From IMG/VR virus record IMGVR_UViG_3300017971_004694: DNA of 64,000 nt; one strand, written 5' to 3'. Shown piece after piece: positions 28,901 through 37,526 of the stretch (position 1 is its first letter; every line of letters starts with the position of its first letter). A program made the position numbers and the translations under genes. The stretch comes from a virus. The notes under the pieces are model-generated. The model searched no databases and had not been told where the DNA came from. It saw only the letters and a program-made list of their open reading frames with translations.

Positions 28901-31303
28901 GTCTGTTGTTATTACTCTGCCAGCTCCTGCGCCACCTTGATCATATGCCTGGTTCAAAGTGTTAGCGCCAAGAGTTGATCCATCCTGGGTAATCTGCACT
29001 TCGTTGCCAGCAGCATCCTGGTAGAAAAGCTCTGTGTCGCCGCCATCATCTTTTGCATAGATGTGGCCTTCATTTGGTAATCCTGTGGGAGCAGCTATTT
29101 CAGCAAGACTCAAATATCCATCAATGCCAATAGCTTCGTCGCCACCGGCATTTACAATAACTCCACCAGAGTCTGCTGTAATAATCCTGCCTGCTCCAGC
29201 ACCACCTTCATCATAGGCTTGATCCAGGGTATTACCATCACCTCCAACAGGAGAGCCCTTGTTGGTAATTTGTGTAGCAAGACCGTAATCGTCCATGTAG
29301 AACAATTCGGTGTATCCGTCAATTTCTCTGGAATATACCAATCCAGCATCTGCAAGATTGGATGGGTTAGAAATCTCATCTAATGTTAAATAACCATCTA
29401 TTTCAATAGCCTCATTCCCCGAGGCATTAATAATCACAGCACCAGCATCGGCAGTAATAACTCTGCCCATATTGTATGCCTGATCCAACGAGTTAATGGC
29501 AATTTCCGGATCGGTTTTATACCTTGCGGCATACCAAGTTCCGGCTACGCCAGAAGCAACGAACTCAATGCGGTTTAGTGTAGCATTATATGTCCATTCA
29601 GTCTTGCTGGCTCCCAGAACAGCCACCCAACGCATTCTTGCGCCATTCTGGAAAACATCCAAAGCATAGCCAGAAGGCATATTATTTTGAACCATAGGAG
29701 TTCCAGTAAGCGGCAGAGAGGTCTCAATTCCGGTAGTAGTTGCCGGATTAAGCTCGTCAAACTGCTCTAATACGGTGTAGCCGTCTATGCCAAGATAGCC
29801 ATCTGAGGTTATTTGGATTACATTGCCATCGCCATCCTTGTAGAAAAGCTCGGTGTTGCTGGCAATTTCCTTGGTGTACAGAAAGCCCTTATAAGGGGCA
29901 GTAGTAGGATCGGAAGGCTGCATGAATAGTCCGACACCTCTAAGGCTCTCAAAAGTGTCTAAATATCCATCGTTTGTAATACGAGTTATAGCACCAGCAT
30001 CATCTATGTAATGAAGCTCTACTGCTCCGTCCACGGTTTTTGCGTATAGGTAGCCATCGTTAGCTGTTGAAGCAGTTGGATCAGCACCTTGCGTTGGTAG
30101 AGCCAAAAACTCTTCGGTTTCTACAACAAGCTTTTCGTCGCCGCCGGGATTTAACTCATCAAATACAATGTTCAAACCAGGGGACATCTTATCTTCAAGA
30201 AATCCTGGTGTTGTATCTGTAGCGCTTTTCTTAAGCTCATAGGCGTCCGCGAGTGCGGACATATTTAAGAAGCCGTTTTTGGTAATCTGAACGACATTGC
30301 CAGAATCATCTTTATAGAAAAGCTCTGTGTCACCGGAGTCATCCTTGGTATATACGCTTCCAACCCCAACTTCTACGACAGGATCAGAGGCTATTTCACT
30401 AAGGGCGAGATAACCATCAAGCAGGCGAACATTGCCTGACGTAAGCAGTACGTCTCCAGTATCTGCCAACAGAGCGTAATTGAAGGGCAACGTGCCGCTT
30501 GTAGCTTTGTATGCCACCATGAGGCCACTTACTGGAACGCCAGGATCCAGTGTCTCGGCACGGAAAAGATCAGTCTCAGAATCTGACGCATTGCCAGGCA
30601 AAATATCCACATAAGAATAGACGCCCAAAGCTGTGAACCCACCTGCGGGTAGGGCGCTTATAAGCTGCGAAGCTACCGAAATCGGCTCGGTATATCCATC
30701 CTGGGCAAGTGCAAATCTTACTCCAATTTGGTTATTTACGTCTACGGCAGTTATGTCGGTCTCAAGAATTGGTTCTTGGTTTAGATCTCCAGTAGCAGCT
30801 AGGCTAAGTCCACTATCACCCCCGGATACATTCAGAAGAATAGGTCCAGAGTCAACGGCAATAATTCTTCCAGAACCTGCGCCCCCTTCGTCATACGCCT
30901 GATCAAGAGTATTTCCTATGGCAGAGTTGGTATCAATGGCAACAAAGGCATCATACATGGCCTTGGACCAACCAATTGTTGATCCGTATTCGTCTTCCTC
31001 TCCTGTAGCTGGTATACGGATATTGAGATTGGCAGTTCTGACCGCAGCTATGGCGATGTCCGTCACTGAGCCGTTTACTGTGAGGCGGATTCGATAGGAA
31101 CCTACACTATCTACTGTTTTTAGAGTAGGGGTTTTGGTTGTTGGGTTCTGGATCCAAGCGGCTGAGCCTGGTGGAGCAGACAAAAGCGCCCAGAGCCTCG
31201 TAGAAGCGCCTACTCCTACATCATTCAGATTTACGTCAACGCCTAGCGGCAAATTAGTAACGCTGCCGACTTGACCGTTAATTTCTATGATTGCTGTGGC
31301 CAT
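25931..31303 (-). CDS. Repeat-module virion-like protein 1 (putative long fibre/adhesin)
   Basis: 1790 aa; N-terminal PKD/Ig-like segment, 11 ELF.D..G..QIT modules, 7 TL.QAY modules, C-terminal AFSDGTNWRRV. Confidence 0.65.
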   Translation of the reverse strand: MATAIIEINGQVGSVTNLPLGVDVNLNDVGVGASTRLWALLSAPPGSAAWIQNPTTKTPTLKTVDSVGSYRIRLTVNGSVTDIAIAAVRTANLNIRIPATGEEDEYGSTIGWSKAMYDAFVAIDTNSAIGNTLDQAYDEGGAGSGRIIAVDSGPILLNVSGGDSGLSLAATGDLNQEPILETDITAVDVNNQIGVRFALAQDGYTEPISVASQLISALPAGGFTALGVYSYVDILPGNASDSETDLFRAETLDPGVPVSGLMVAYKATSGTLPFNYALLADTGDVLLTSGNVRLLDGYLALSEIASDPVVEVGVGSVYTKDDSGDTELFYKDDSGNVVQITKNGFLNMSALADAYELKKSATDTTPGFLEDKMSPGLNIVFDELNPGGDEKLVVETEEFLALPTQGADPTASTANDGYLYAKTVDGAVELHYIDDAGAITRITNDGYLDTFESLRGVGLFMQPSDPTTAPYKGFLYTKEIASNTELFYKDGDGNVIQITSDGYLGIDGYTVLEQFDELNPATTTGIETSLPLTGTPMVQNNMPSGYALDVFQNGARMRWVAVLGASKTEWTYNATLNRIEFVASGVAGTWYAARYKTDPEIAINSLDQAYNMGRVITADAGAVIINASGNEAIEIDGYLTLDEISNPSNLADAGLVYSREIDGYTELFYMDDYGLATQITNKGSPVGGDGNTLDQAYDEGGAGAGRIITADSGGVIVNAGGDEAIGIDGYLSLAEIAAPTGLPNEGHIYAKDDGGDTELFYQDAAGNEVQITQDGSTLGANTLNQAYDQGGAGAGRVITTDAGAVVMDASGNDALELDGYMLLNEITDPTNVANKGFLYSKNDDAYGTSELFYMDDSGQITQITQDGYLATYNSLRGVSLLEGTEFTDQVGRVSLYAKLSNGITELFTKDSGGNETQVTLGGRLNTTAVTNSGFADAVIEFVPSVAVGLTSTSFVDITGADGYFDAVVAGSYILTFNVQVYQASGVSQRTNFRVIVDKGDYNGFTEQIIEPTDNDAWNIISVTSGEHYSASFTTHMVEMGFGNHKITVQYQNDGGGSGAQINTDDYVNLVAINLAGSGAGGALSDQTMLTVSKNYVSVDTWETVTELNVSFDTVENEEVLLVYSGSISTTSVVNAFTSFAVDGYRYQDGVREGLSQAKDISKSYVTPPLTAGNHTASFQIMKDGAGTLTVDAYGTLQVLQFRGGLVPIQDEGTTIVDIPAAFNFTGRVIVADNNGVADIQIGDLDYIRIEQQVADPSVDPDGYDGYLYGKLMDGYTELFYMDNYGVAVRLTQDGTLVKHALGGIEHTSSTLAELNALVSDATLIDDTLLDSYATTTALTNHTSDMSNPHNVTLQQAYISGNSIIIIPGMPVHIDAYDSYEALNLDGYLGLHYLDGYPDAQFDKGQLFVFDVPGSGLELLYMDHAGVVTQITQGGTLAKHALGGSEHTSSTLAELNALVSDATLIDSTLLDSYATLVDIDPLAEKALLDSYATLVDIDPLAEKTLLDSYATLVDIDPLAEKTLLDSYATLADIDPLAEKTLLDSYATLSVFNNHANDTSNPHNVTLQQAYANGNTIIVWPGVPVHIDAYDSYEALNLDGYLGLHYLDGYPDAQFNKGQLFVYDVPGYGLELLYMDHSGQITQITQGGSLAVTHNTLDQAYDEGGPGAGRLITADAGSVIIDASGDEALEIDGYITLDEISDPVGLDNASLLYSKDVDGYSELHHVDNYDESVQITRRGALYNLLPSYNVAQLPAASPAGQMVFVPDESGGAVPAFSDGTNWRRVTDRAIVS
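26671..26904. repeat. In-frame 54-bp tandem repeat, 4 full copies plus a partial (18 aa TLLDSYATLVDIDPLAEK)
   Basis: catagctatcaag begins at 26671, 26725, 26779, 26833 and 26887. Confidence 0.95.
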
Positions 31304-31310
31304 TTAAGAA

Positions 31311-31390
31311 TAATCCTCCTGCCGTATCTCTCTGGATATGGATTTCCATTAATATTTTAGAATATTAATAGATACGGCAGGATAGGATTA
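31311..31390 (-). promoter_or_regulatory. Inverted repeat pairing with the RBS of the 1790-aa gene, with a promoter-like motif in between
   Basis: mRNA TAATCC(TA)TCCTGCCGTATCT (31390-31370) complements AGATACGGCAGGAGGATTA (31329-31311); CTATTAAT-N8-AT at 31371-31354. Confidence 0.75.
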
Positions 31391-33301
31391 TATGTCTAAT
31401 CTAGCTTTTAAAGCCCCTTCTTCAATGAGCATTCTCCTTGGTTCAACTGCTTTGCCCATAAGGATGCCAAAAATCCTATCAGCTTCTAAATAATCAGTAA
31501 TTTCCATTTTCACAAGTTCCCTAGTTTTTGGATCCATGGTTGTATTCCACAACTGAGTAGGGCTCATTTCTCCAAGCCCCTTAAATCTTTGGATATTCCC
31601 CTTAAACTTCTTTTCTTTGATAAAATCTTTGAGAGACTTATCATCTTTTAAATAATAGCTTTTTCCGCGAATATCTATTCTGTAAAGTGGAGGTTGAGCC
31701 ACATATATGTTGCCGTTCATAATCAACTGAGGCATCTGTCTGAAGAAAAAGGTCAACAATAATGCGCGGATGTGAGAGCCATCAACATCTGAGTCAGTCA
31801 TTATGATAATTTTGTTGTAGCGAATCTTAGCTAAATCGATGCTTCTACCAATTCCAACACCTATGGCTGTGATAAGATTACCGATTTCCTTGTTGCTCAT
31901 CATTTTACTGAACTCGTTCTTCTCGATGTTGAGAACTTTACCACGAAGAGGCAGAATAGCTTGAAACATTCTGTCCCTGCCCTGCTTGGCTGAACCACCA
32001 GCTGAATCTCCCTCGACAATAAATATTTCACAAATTTCTGGATCTTTGGAACTGCAATCCGCAAGTTTCCCAGGAAGCAGCATTCCGCCATCCTTGAGCA
32101 CGGATTTTCTAACTGCCTCCTTGGCTTTCTTGGCTGCCTCTCTGGCCTTGAAGGCATTTACACATCGAGTCACTATTTTCTTGGAAAGTGGTGGATTTTT
32201 CTCCAAATAGTCCATAAGTTTCTCAGCAACAGTGCTCTCTACAGCCGTCCTGGCGTCCTCAGACACCAATTTTTCCTTGGTCTGCGAGCTAAACTTGGGG
32301 TTTGGGTGCCTGATGCTAAGAACTGCTATTAAGCCTTCCCTAATGTCGTCTCCAGACAGCGAGATTTTAAGGGATTTTGGGAGATCCGAGCTTGCTATGA
32401 AGCCATTTACGGTTCGAGTTATAGCAGTTTTGAAGCCAACCACATGAGATCCGCCGTCTGGGTTGGGGATATTATTCGTATAACACTGCAATATTTCATC
32501 ATCTTCCGCGCTGTCGAGCCACTGGAAAGCAACATCTACTACAATTTTGGATCCATTGCCAACTTCTTGCGTAAATTCAAAGGGTTTGGTTAATAGTTTG
32601 CCTGGAGCAAGAAACTCCACGAAGTTAGAGATGCCCTCATCGCTTCCAAACACCTCTTTATCTTTAGCTTTTTCATCAATGAACTCAATGGTTAGGCCCT
32701 TACAGAGAAAAGAAAGCTCTCTGAGCTTTTGTTTTACTCTTTCGCCGTCGAACTTAATTACATGATGGAATATGTTGTTGTTGGGGACAAATCTAATTGT
32801 GGTTCCTCTGCCCTTTCCAGTTTTTTCATCCACGCCCGCCACTTTTTTACCTTTTTCGTAGGCAACGGTGTATTCTTTGCCGTCTCTACGCACAGTTGCC
32901 CTGAGACGAGTCGAAAGAGCATTAACAACGGACACACCAACTCCATGTAATCCACCAGAGACAGCGTAAGCCTTTTTGTCAAACTTTCCTCCAGCATGTA
33001 GCTTTGTGAGAACGGCCTCCAGCGCCGTCATCTTTTCCTCTTTCATGTATTTCACAGGGATGCCACGACCATTATCGGCTACGGAGGCGGATCCGTCCTT
33101 GTGGAGGGAAACCACAATCTTGTCGCAGTGACCAACCATGAACTCATCTACGCTATTGTCGAACACTTCCATGATCATGTGGTGGTACCCAGTGCCGTCT
33201 TCTGTGTTGCCGATATACATGCCTGGATTCTGCACGACTCCTTCAAGACCCTTGAGAACCTTGATGTCATCGTAGCTGTCTTTCTTTTTTCTTGGCGTCA
33301 T
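31388..33301 (-). CDS. gyrB: DNA gyrase subunit B (type IIA topoisomerase B subunit)
   Basis: PGMYIG, EVFDNSVDE, DNGRGIP, GGLHGVGVSVVNALS, GKLADC, EGDSAGGS, IMTDSDVDGSHI, RFKGLGEM. Confidence 0.97.
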   Translation of the reverse strand: MTPRKKKDSYDDIKVLKGLEGVVQNPGMYIGNTEDGTGYHHMIMEVFDNSVDEFMVGHCDKIVVSLHKDGSASVADNGRGIPVKYMKEEKMTALEAVLTKLHAGGKFDKKAYAVSGGLHGVGVSVVNALSTRLRATVRRDGKEYTVAYEKGKKVAGVDEKTGKGRGTTIRFVPNNNIFHHVIKFDGERVKQKLRELSFLCKGLTIEFIDEKAKDKEVFGSDEGISNFVEFLAPGKLLTKPFEFTQEVGNGSKIVVDVAFQWLDSAEDDEILQCYTNNIPNPDGGSHVVGFKTAITRTVNGFIASSDLPKSLKISLSGDDIREGLIAVLSIRHPNPKFSSQTKEKLVSEDARTAVESTVAEKLMDYLEKNPPLSKKIVTRCVNAFKAREAAKKAKEAVRKSVLKDGGMLLPGKLADCSSKDPEICEIFIVEGDSAGGSAKQGRDRMFQAILPLRGKVLNIEKNEFSKMMSNKEIGNLITAIGVGIGRSIDLAKIRYNKIIIMTDSDVDGSHIRALLLTFFFRQMPQLIMNGNIYVAQPPLYRIDIRGKSYYLKDDKSLKDFIKEKKFKGNIQRFKGLGEMSPTQLWNTTMDPKTRELVKMEITDYLEADRIFGILMGKAVEPRRMLIEEGALKARLDI

Positions 33302-33304
33302 TAA

Positions 33305-33721
33305 TTACCCCGTGCGCTTCTTCTCCAATTTTTTGGATATATTTTCTAATACGGTTCGTATCTCCAAGCCCTCATACCTGGCCAGGGTGAGGGCCATCAT
33401 CACAACGTCGCAGATTTCCTCTTCAAGCATATCATCTGCACTTACATCACCAAACTTTTTCTTCTTGTTGGTGGAGCCATTTTCAAACTCAATCGCCTCT
33501 GCGTATTCTCCAATCTCTTCCATGAGTTTCCTGAATAGCCTATCTCTATTCTCATTTTCCCATATCTTCCATCTTCTCAAGAGATCGGCTATGTCGTCGT
33601 CAGCATAATCTACCAGATCACCAGTGCCCATTTCATATTCAACATCACGGGCCAAAACCTTTCGCTCGTTCTCTTTGATTTCTGCCCATCTATCATAATG
33701 GGTGTCTTTTCTCCAGGCCAT
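33305..33721 (-). CDS. MazG-like nucleotide pyrophosphohydrolase
   Basis: KLMEEIGEYAEAI...EEICDV; start moved to MAWRKD (33721) because the YacG-like ORF occupies the upstream region. Confidence 0.75.
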   Translation of the reverse strand: MAWRKDTHYDRWAEIKENERKVLARDVEYEMGTGDLVDYADDDIADLLRRWKIWENENRDRLFRKLMEEIGEYAEAIEFENGSTNKKKKFGDVSADDMLEEEICDVVMMALTLARYEGLEIRTVLENISKKLEKKRTG

Positions 33722-33722
33722 T

Positions 33723-33896
33723 TTAATTTCCCTCATCTGTATGCGGATTTTTCTCCGAAATGAAATACTCTTCATTTAACCACTTATACAAATCTAAGTT
33801 TTTGCACAAGAGACAGCAGAAAGGAAAGTTTCCATTTTCCTTTGCTTTATCTACATCATGATTTTTCTTGCATCCTGGACAAACTATAGTTTTCAC
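33723..33896 (-). CDS. yacG: YacG-like DNA gyrase inhibitor (57 aa, not in ORF track)
   Basis: MKTIVCPGCKK...NFPFCCLLCKNLDLYKWLNEEYFIS matches the YacG pattern CPxC..PFCxxxCxxxDLxxWxxE; GTG start overlaps the upstream TGA. Confidence 0.85.
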   Translation of the reverse strand: MKTIVCPGCKKNHDVDKAKENGNFPFCCLLCKNLDLYKWLNEEYFISEKNPHTDEGN

Positions 33897-34081
33897 CCCT
33901 CCTCCTCGATTTTCATAAACTCATCTATCTCTTCTTCTGTATGTCCGACGCTCGGGTAACAACAATATTTGGTGTTTGCTTCTAACATATTAGAGATGTT
34001 TTCCTTATCTTTGTCGCTCAAAATAACCATAATTGGTTGGTCTTCAGCATCGTATATCGTATCACCAATTTTTACCTTCAT
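33893..34081 (-). CDS. Small hypothetical protein
   Basis: 62 aa, tightly packed. Confidence 0.7.
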   Translation of the reverse strand: MKVKIGDTIYDAEDQPIMVILSDKDKENISNMLEANTKYCCYPSVGHTEEEIDEFMKIEEEG

Positions 34082-34814
34082 TTACTTCTCCTTGTTTAAC
34101 TTCTTTCCACGGATCAAAGTGGCCGTGTTTCCACAGCTTATAATGAGTCTTCTTGTGCGCCATTTTTTCTTTGTTCTCATATTCCAGATAATCCTCAAGA
34201 GTCTTTCCATCTTTTAAGAACTCCTGATATTGATTGTGGCAGAAAAGGCAATATTGGAAATATCCAAAGTTCTCTCTGTGTAGTGTAGTAGGGCCATGTT
34301 CAATTACTCCAAGCCGATGCTTGGGACTATAATAGCCTGCGTTCTGTTCCCAATCATAATAGCTAAACTTCTCAACAGTCGCAAGCATGGCCATCACACT
34401 ATCTCTCATTACCTTTGCGAGGATGCTTGCTGCACCGACTTGCCAGATCGTTTCATCTGCCTTAATTACGGCTTCCTGCTGAATATCGACATTTGGAATC
34501 TCATAATTCCCATCGACTATGATCTTATCGATTCTATGATTTTCTTTTAGCTTATCCACAGCCCGCTTCATCGCGAGGAAACGAGCCCAGAAGATATTCA
34601 TCTCCTCGATTTTCTTGGGAGAGGCTGTGCCGAAAGCGTGTGGAAGAACAACGCTTAAATATTTGTAAAGCTCTTCCCGTTTCTTCTTGGAAAGCTTCTT
34701 ACTGTCTTTCACGCCTTTAATTAATGGGGCATCTGCTCGTGAAATTACGGCACATGCTAAAACGGGCCCTGCTATGGACCCGTATCCTACTTCATCGACA
34801 TATACTATATTCAT
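34062..34814 (-). CDS. rnhB: Ribonuclease HII
   Basis: VDEVGYGSIAGPV, VKDSKKL, IVDGN, KAD..VGAASILAKVMRD; C-terminal CxxC extension. Confidence 0.92.
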   Translation of the reverse strand: MNIVYVDEVGYGSIAGPVLACAVISRADAPLIKGVKDSKKLSKKKREELYKYLSVVLPHAFGTASPKKIEEMNIFWARFLAMKRAVDKLKENHRIDKIIVDGNYEIPNVDIQQEAVIKADETIWQVGAASILAKVMRDSVMAMLATVEKFSYYDWEQNAGYYSPKHRLGVIEHGPTTLHRENFGYFQYCLFCHNQYQEFLKDGKTLEDYLEYENKEKMAHKKTHYKLWKHGHFDPWKEVKQGEVNEGKNW

Positions 34815-35026
34815 ACTGTCGCCTCTCTAAATGTTCTCCGCCGCCAATACAATCCAGCAGATATGGTAAGCTCTTTTTGAACAAAGTAGAAAAACAAATG
34901 ATCGAAGGTTGGAAACAGTGCGATGGTTATTTGATGAGAATAGTCATTACCATAAAACTTTCTTTTTTCATAGTTTTTGTATTCAGGCCAAGGATTAGGT
35001 CGCTTTTTCCTGCCTGTTATTTCCAT
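34811..35026 (-). CDS. Small hypothetical protein
   Basis: 71 aa, overlapping start/stop packing. Confidence 0.55.
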   Translation of the reverse strand: MEITGRKKRPNPWPEYKNYEKRKFYGNDYSHQITIALFPTFDHLFFYFVQKELTISAGLYWRRRTFREATV

Positions 35027-35298
35027 TCCCTATCCCTTATTAGCTTCTTAAGCCACTTGAAAATGCCGGGGGTCTCATCATCTCCAAAATTGCCCCAAAA
35101 CGTGCCGGCGCTGCCAAGGAGTTTCTCTTGGGAGTCCTGCAACCTCTTATAATCTTCCCATAACCCAGCCCTTCTAAGAGGATCGGCTACATTACCCCAG
35201 GTTGTTCTCTCGCCCTTCTCCGCAGCCGCTCTTAATATTTCTATCTTTTGGTCTTCCAAGTCCAGATATTCGTCCATCAATTCAACTAATCTTTCCAT
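35017..35298 (-). CDS. Hypothetical protein
   Basis: 93 aa, packed in operon. Confidence 0.65.
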   Translation of the reverse strand: MERLVELMDEYLDLEDQKIEILRAAAEKGERTTWGNVADPLRRAGLWEDYKRLQDSQEKLLGSAGTFWGNFGDDETPGIFKWLKKLIRDREWK

Positions 35299-35543
35299 GA
35301 ATCCGTCCTTCTATGTTTCATCTCTTCATATCGCTCGCTTTCTAATTCCTCCAGCCTGCGAAGCTTTCCTTTGTAGTGCGCCACCGCTTCCCAAAGCCGA
35401 AACAACCATTCACTCACTTTTCTCGCTTCCTCTGCCGCGAATTCATCATCAACATCGATGGCAAGTTGCATGATTTCCTTTTCCCTACAATTCATTTCAT
35501 CAATTAACTTACTAACTTGTCTGTAATATTCTCTGTCTTTCAT
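35286..35543 (-). CDS. Hypothetical protein
   Basis: 85 aa, helical. Confidence 0.65.
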   Translation of the reverse strand: MKDREYYRQVSKLIDEMNCREKEIMQLAIDVDDEFAAEEARKVSEWLFRLWEAVAHYKGKLRRLEELESERYEEMKHRRTDSWKD

Positions 35544-35869
35544 TTCACTTCCTCTATTCTTATCATAGTATTACCACACTTGGGACAGGTCAAATACTCA
35601 CCGAAATCATTTGGAAAATCTTCAACAGTCTCATAAAGCTCTTCGAATATTTTAGAACCATTGGGATCACAATGAACGAGGTATAGAAAACTTGGATGTT
35701 TTGCTTTGTCCCAGCGCTGTCTAATGTTGCTCATGAGAACTTCTGCTGCCGAGTCATTAGGAAACTTTTTAATTGTAACGTGGGCATCTCTGATAAAAAC
35801 AGTATGACAGCCACTAATAACATGCGCAAATGCTCTACTTGGGTCTATAGTGCTATTTAGTATTTTCAT
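35540..35869 (-). CDS. Hypothetical protein with C-terminal CPKC
   Basis: 109 aa. Confidence 0.65.
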   Translation of the reverse strand: MKILNSTIDPSRAFAHVISGCHTVFIRDAHVTIKKFPNDSAAEVLMSNIRQRWDKAKHPSFLYLVHCDPNGSKIFEELYETVEDFPNDFGEYLTCPKCGNTMIRIEEVK

Positions 35870-36339
35870 AGAATCCCCAATTTTCTCACTTGGATTAAAC
35901 TTAATTGTCGGGTTGGTTTAGTTCTTGGGGTAAGGCCACCCACCACATCATCGGATTCTATAAATCTGTAATGGATTTCAGGAAACTTTAGACTATCGAT
36001 TATTATGAACCCCTTTATTCTATTTAGTTTGTCTATGTATTTCTCTTCATCATACTTTCTGCCCTGCCCTATCATATAAGATGGAACAAACTTGACGCCA
36101 TATTTCGTGAGTATCCTGACTTCATAGAGCAGTTCCTCGCTACTTACATCATAGAATCCCCCTTCATCATCGTTGTAGTCCAGATTTTCATATGCCTTGG
36201 TAAGTAATCCAGCAGCAATAGTGCCGAGAACTCTACCATCCACGCCCTTGAGGTTTATCAGAAGCTCCAAAGTAGTTTTTATATCATCCGGCAGCGGGTC
36301 AACACACAAAACCCTTTCTTTAATTGGTTCAAAAATCAT
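35866..36339 (-). CDS. Hypothetical protein, possible endonuclease partner of the methyltransferase
   Basis: 157 aa overlapping the MTase stop; EVR..KFVPSYMIGQGRKYD. Confidence 0.55.
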   Translation of the reverse strand: MIFEPIKERVLCVDPLPDDIKTTLELLINLKGVDGRVLGTIAAGLLTKAYENLDYNDDEGGFYDVSSEELLYEVRILTKYGVKFVPSYMIGQGRKYDEEKYIDKLNRIKGFIIIDSLKFPEIHYRFIESDDVVGGLTPRTKPTRQLSLIQVRKLGIL

Positions 36340-37150
36340 ATCTTTCCTCCACCAATCTTATAAGCTCTCTTTTAGAAAGTGAGCGAACACCTGCCGTATT
36401 ATTTATTATCTTCGAAAAATCTATCGAGTTGATAATACTAACAAGCTCATCTGTTTCAAGCTCTTTAGACTTGATAAAGTAGTTGCTCTGCTCACTCATT
36501 TCGCTTATATTTACAAAAACTCTGCCGGTGCTTCCGCCTACCCTTCTAACCGCAAAATCACAATCTTCCTTTGTCGCAAAATCAAACAAATCTGTGGTGA
36601 TTTTGAGCTTAACTATCTCTCTTTCAACCTCTCTCCTTTCCCATATTTGGAAAGCACAAGGCACATCTATCTCCTCGCCTTCATATATGAAAGACCTTTT
36701 TGGTATATCTTCGTCATGTATTAGGTGGAAGCTTTTGTGAAGTCTATTTTGGACGCTTATTTTTCTAAAGGTTCTTGGAAGTATAAAAGCTATGTAAGTG
36801 GAGAACTCGGCAGCGTGGTTGAAAAATCTAACGGCAATGCTGGCGTTTCTCCCAAAAGGGGGATTACCAAAACAACAAACCTTCTCGCCATTTAGATTGG
36901 CGCCTTCTGGATGGAAGGCAAAGAAATCCATTTCAACAATGGAGGGATGGGCGGGATACTTATCAATCGCTATGCAGTAGCCATCTATCTGTCGTGAAAA
37001 ACTTCCATTTCCCGCTGATGGCTCAATGAACACATCTATGTCGCTGATTTTGGATAGGATAGAAATTATGCATTTTCTTGCGACATCTACCTTGGTGTAG
37101 TATTTATCATGAACCGAATTGGTCTTATACTTTCTTTTTTCTTTAGTCAT
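36329..37150 (-). CDS. Amino-group (likely N6-adenine) DNA methyltransferase
   Basis: DKYYT, FIEPSAGNGSF (motif I), GNPPFG (motif IV). Confidence 0.85.
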   Translation of the reverse strand: MTKEKRKYKTNSVHDKYYTKVDVARKCIISILSKISDIDVFIEPSAGNGSFSRQIDGYCIAIDKYPAHPSIVEMDFFAFHPEGANLNGEKVCCFGNPPFGRNASIAVRFFNHAAEFSTYIAFILPRTFRKISVQNRLHKSFHLIHDEDIPKRSFIYEGEEIDVPCAFQIWERREVEREIVKLKITTDLFDFATKEDCDFAVRRVGGSTGRVFVNISEMSEQSNYFIKSKELETDELVSIINSIDFSKIINNTAGVRSLSKRELIRLVEERYDF

Positions 37151-37168
37151 GTCTTACAAATCTCGCTC

Positions 37169-37396
37169 CTATTGAGGTCCCGGCACGCCAAAAGCAGGCG
37201 TCTCCCGACCTCTATTGGGCACATTATCTTTGCCCCTTGGGCTGCTTGAAAAGGTGAAGTCGAAATTGAGCTTTCCGGATTCCAGAAGTTCCAGAAACTC
37301 ATCCCAGCTCTCTTCTACCTTTTCGGCCATCTCCAGTTTCCCTTCTCTTACCAACTGGACGGTTAAGCCGTTTAAAAATTGAGCATACTTGTTCAT
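37169..37396 (-). CDS. Hypothetical protein
   Basis: GTGGAGG RBS before ATG 37396 (MNKYAQF). Confidence 0.65.
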   Translation of the reverse strand: MNKYAQFLNGLTVQLVREGKLEMAEKVEESWDEFLELLESGKLNFDFTFSSSPRGKDNVPNRGRETPAFGVPGPQ

Positions 37397-37415
37397 TACA
37401 ATCCTCCACATACCT

Positions 37416-37433
37416 ATGAAGAATTATTGATAG
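37416..37433 (-). promoter_or_regulatory. Putative phage promoter CTATCAAT-N8-AT
   Basis: CTATCAAT AATTCTTC AT. Confidence 0.55.
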
Positions 37434-37458
37434 GTTATAACTATTTGATTACTTTAAG

Positions 37459-37520
37459 AAAACGCCTCCCAGCCCACTGGAGAAGGAGGTAAGGCTCTAT
37501 GCCTTGGTGGGCTGGGAGGC
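37459..37520 (-). terminator. 14-bp GC-rich hairpin followed by GTTTTCTT, with an anti-SD sequence in the 29-nt loop
   Basis: GCCTCCCAGCCCAC (37464-37477) / GTGGGCTGGGAGGC (37507-37520). Confidence 0.6.
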
Positions 37521-37526
37521 TTTGGA

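Noticed and set aside
17553-31303. Diversity-generating retroelement template/variable repeats
   Set aside because: Repeat copies differ at synonymous positions of all bases, not only at adenines; no reverse transcriptase in the window.
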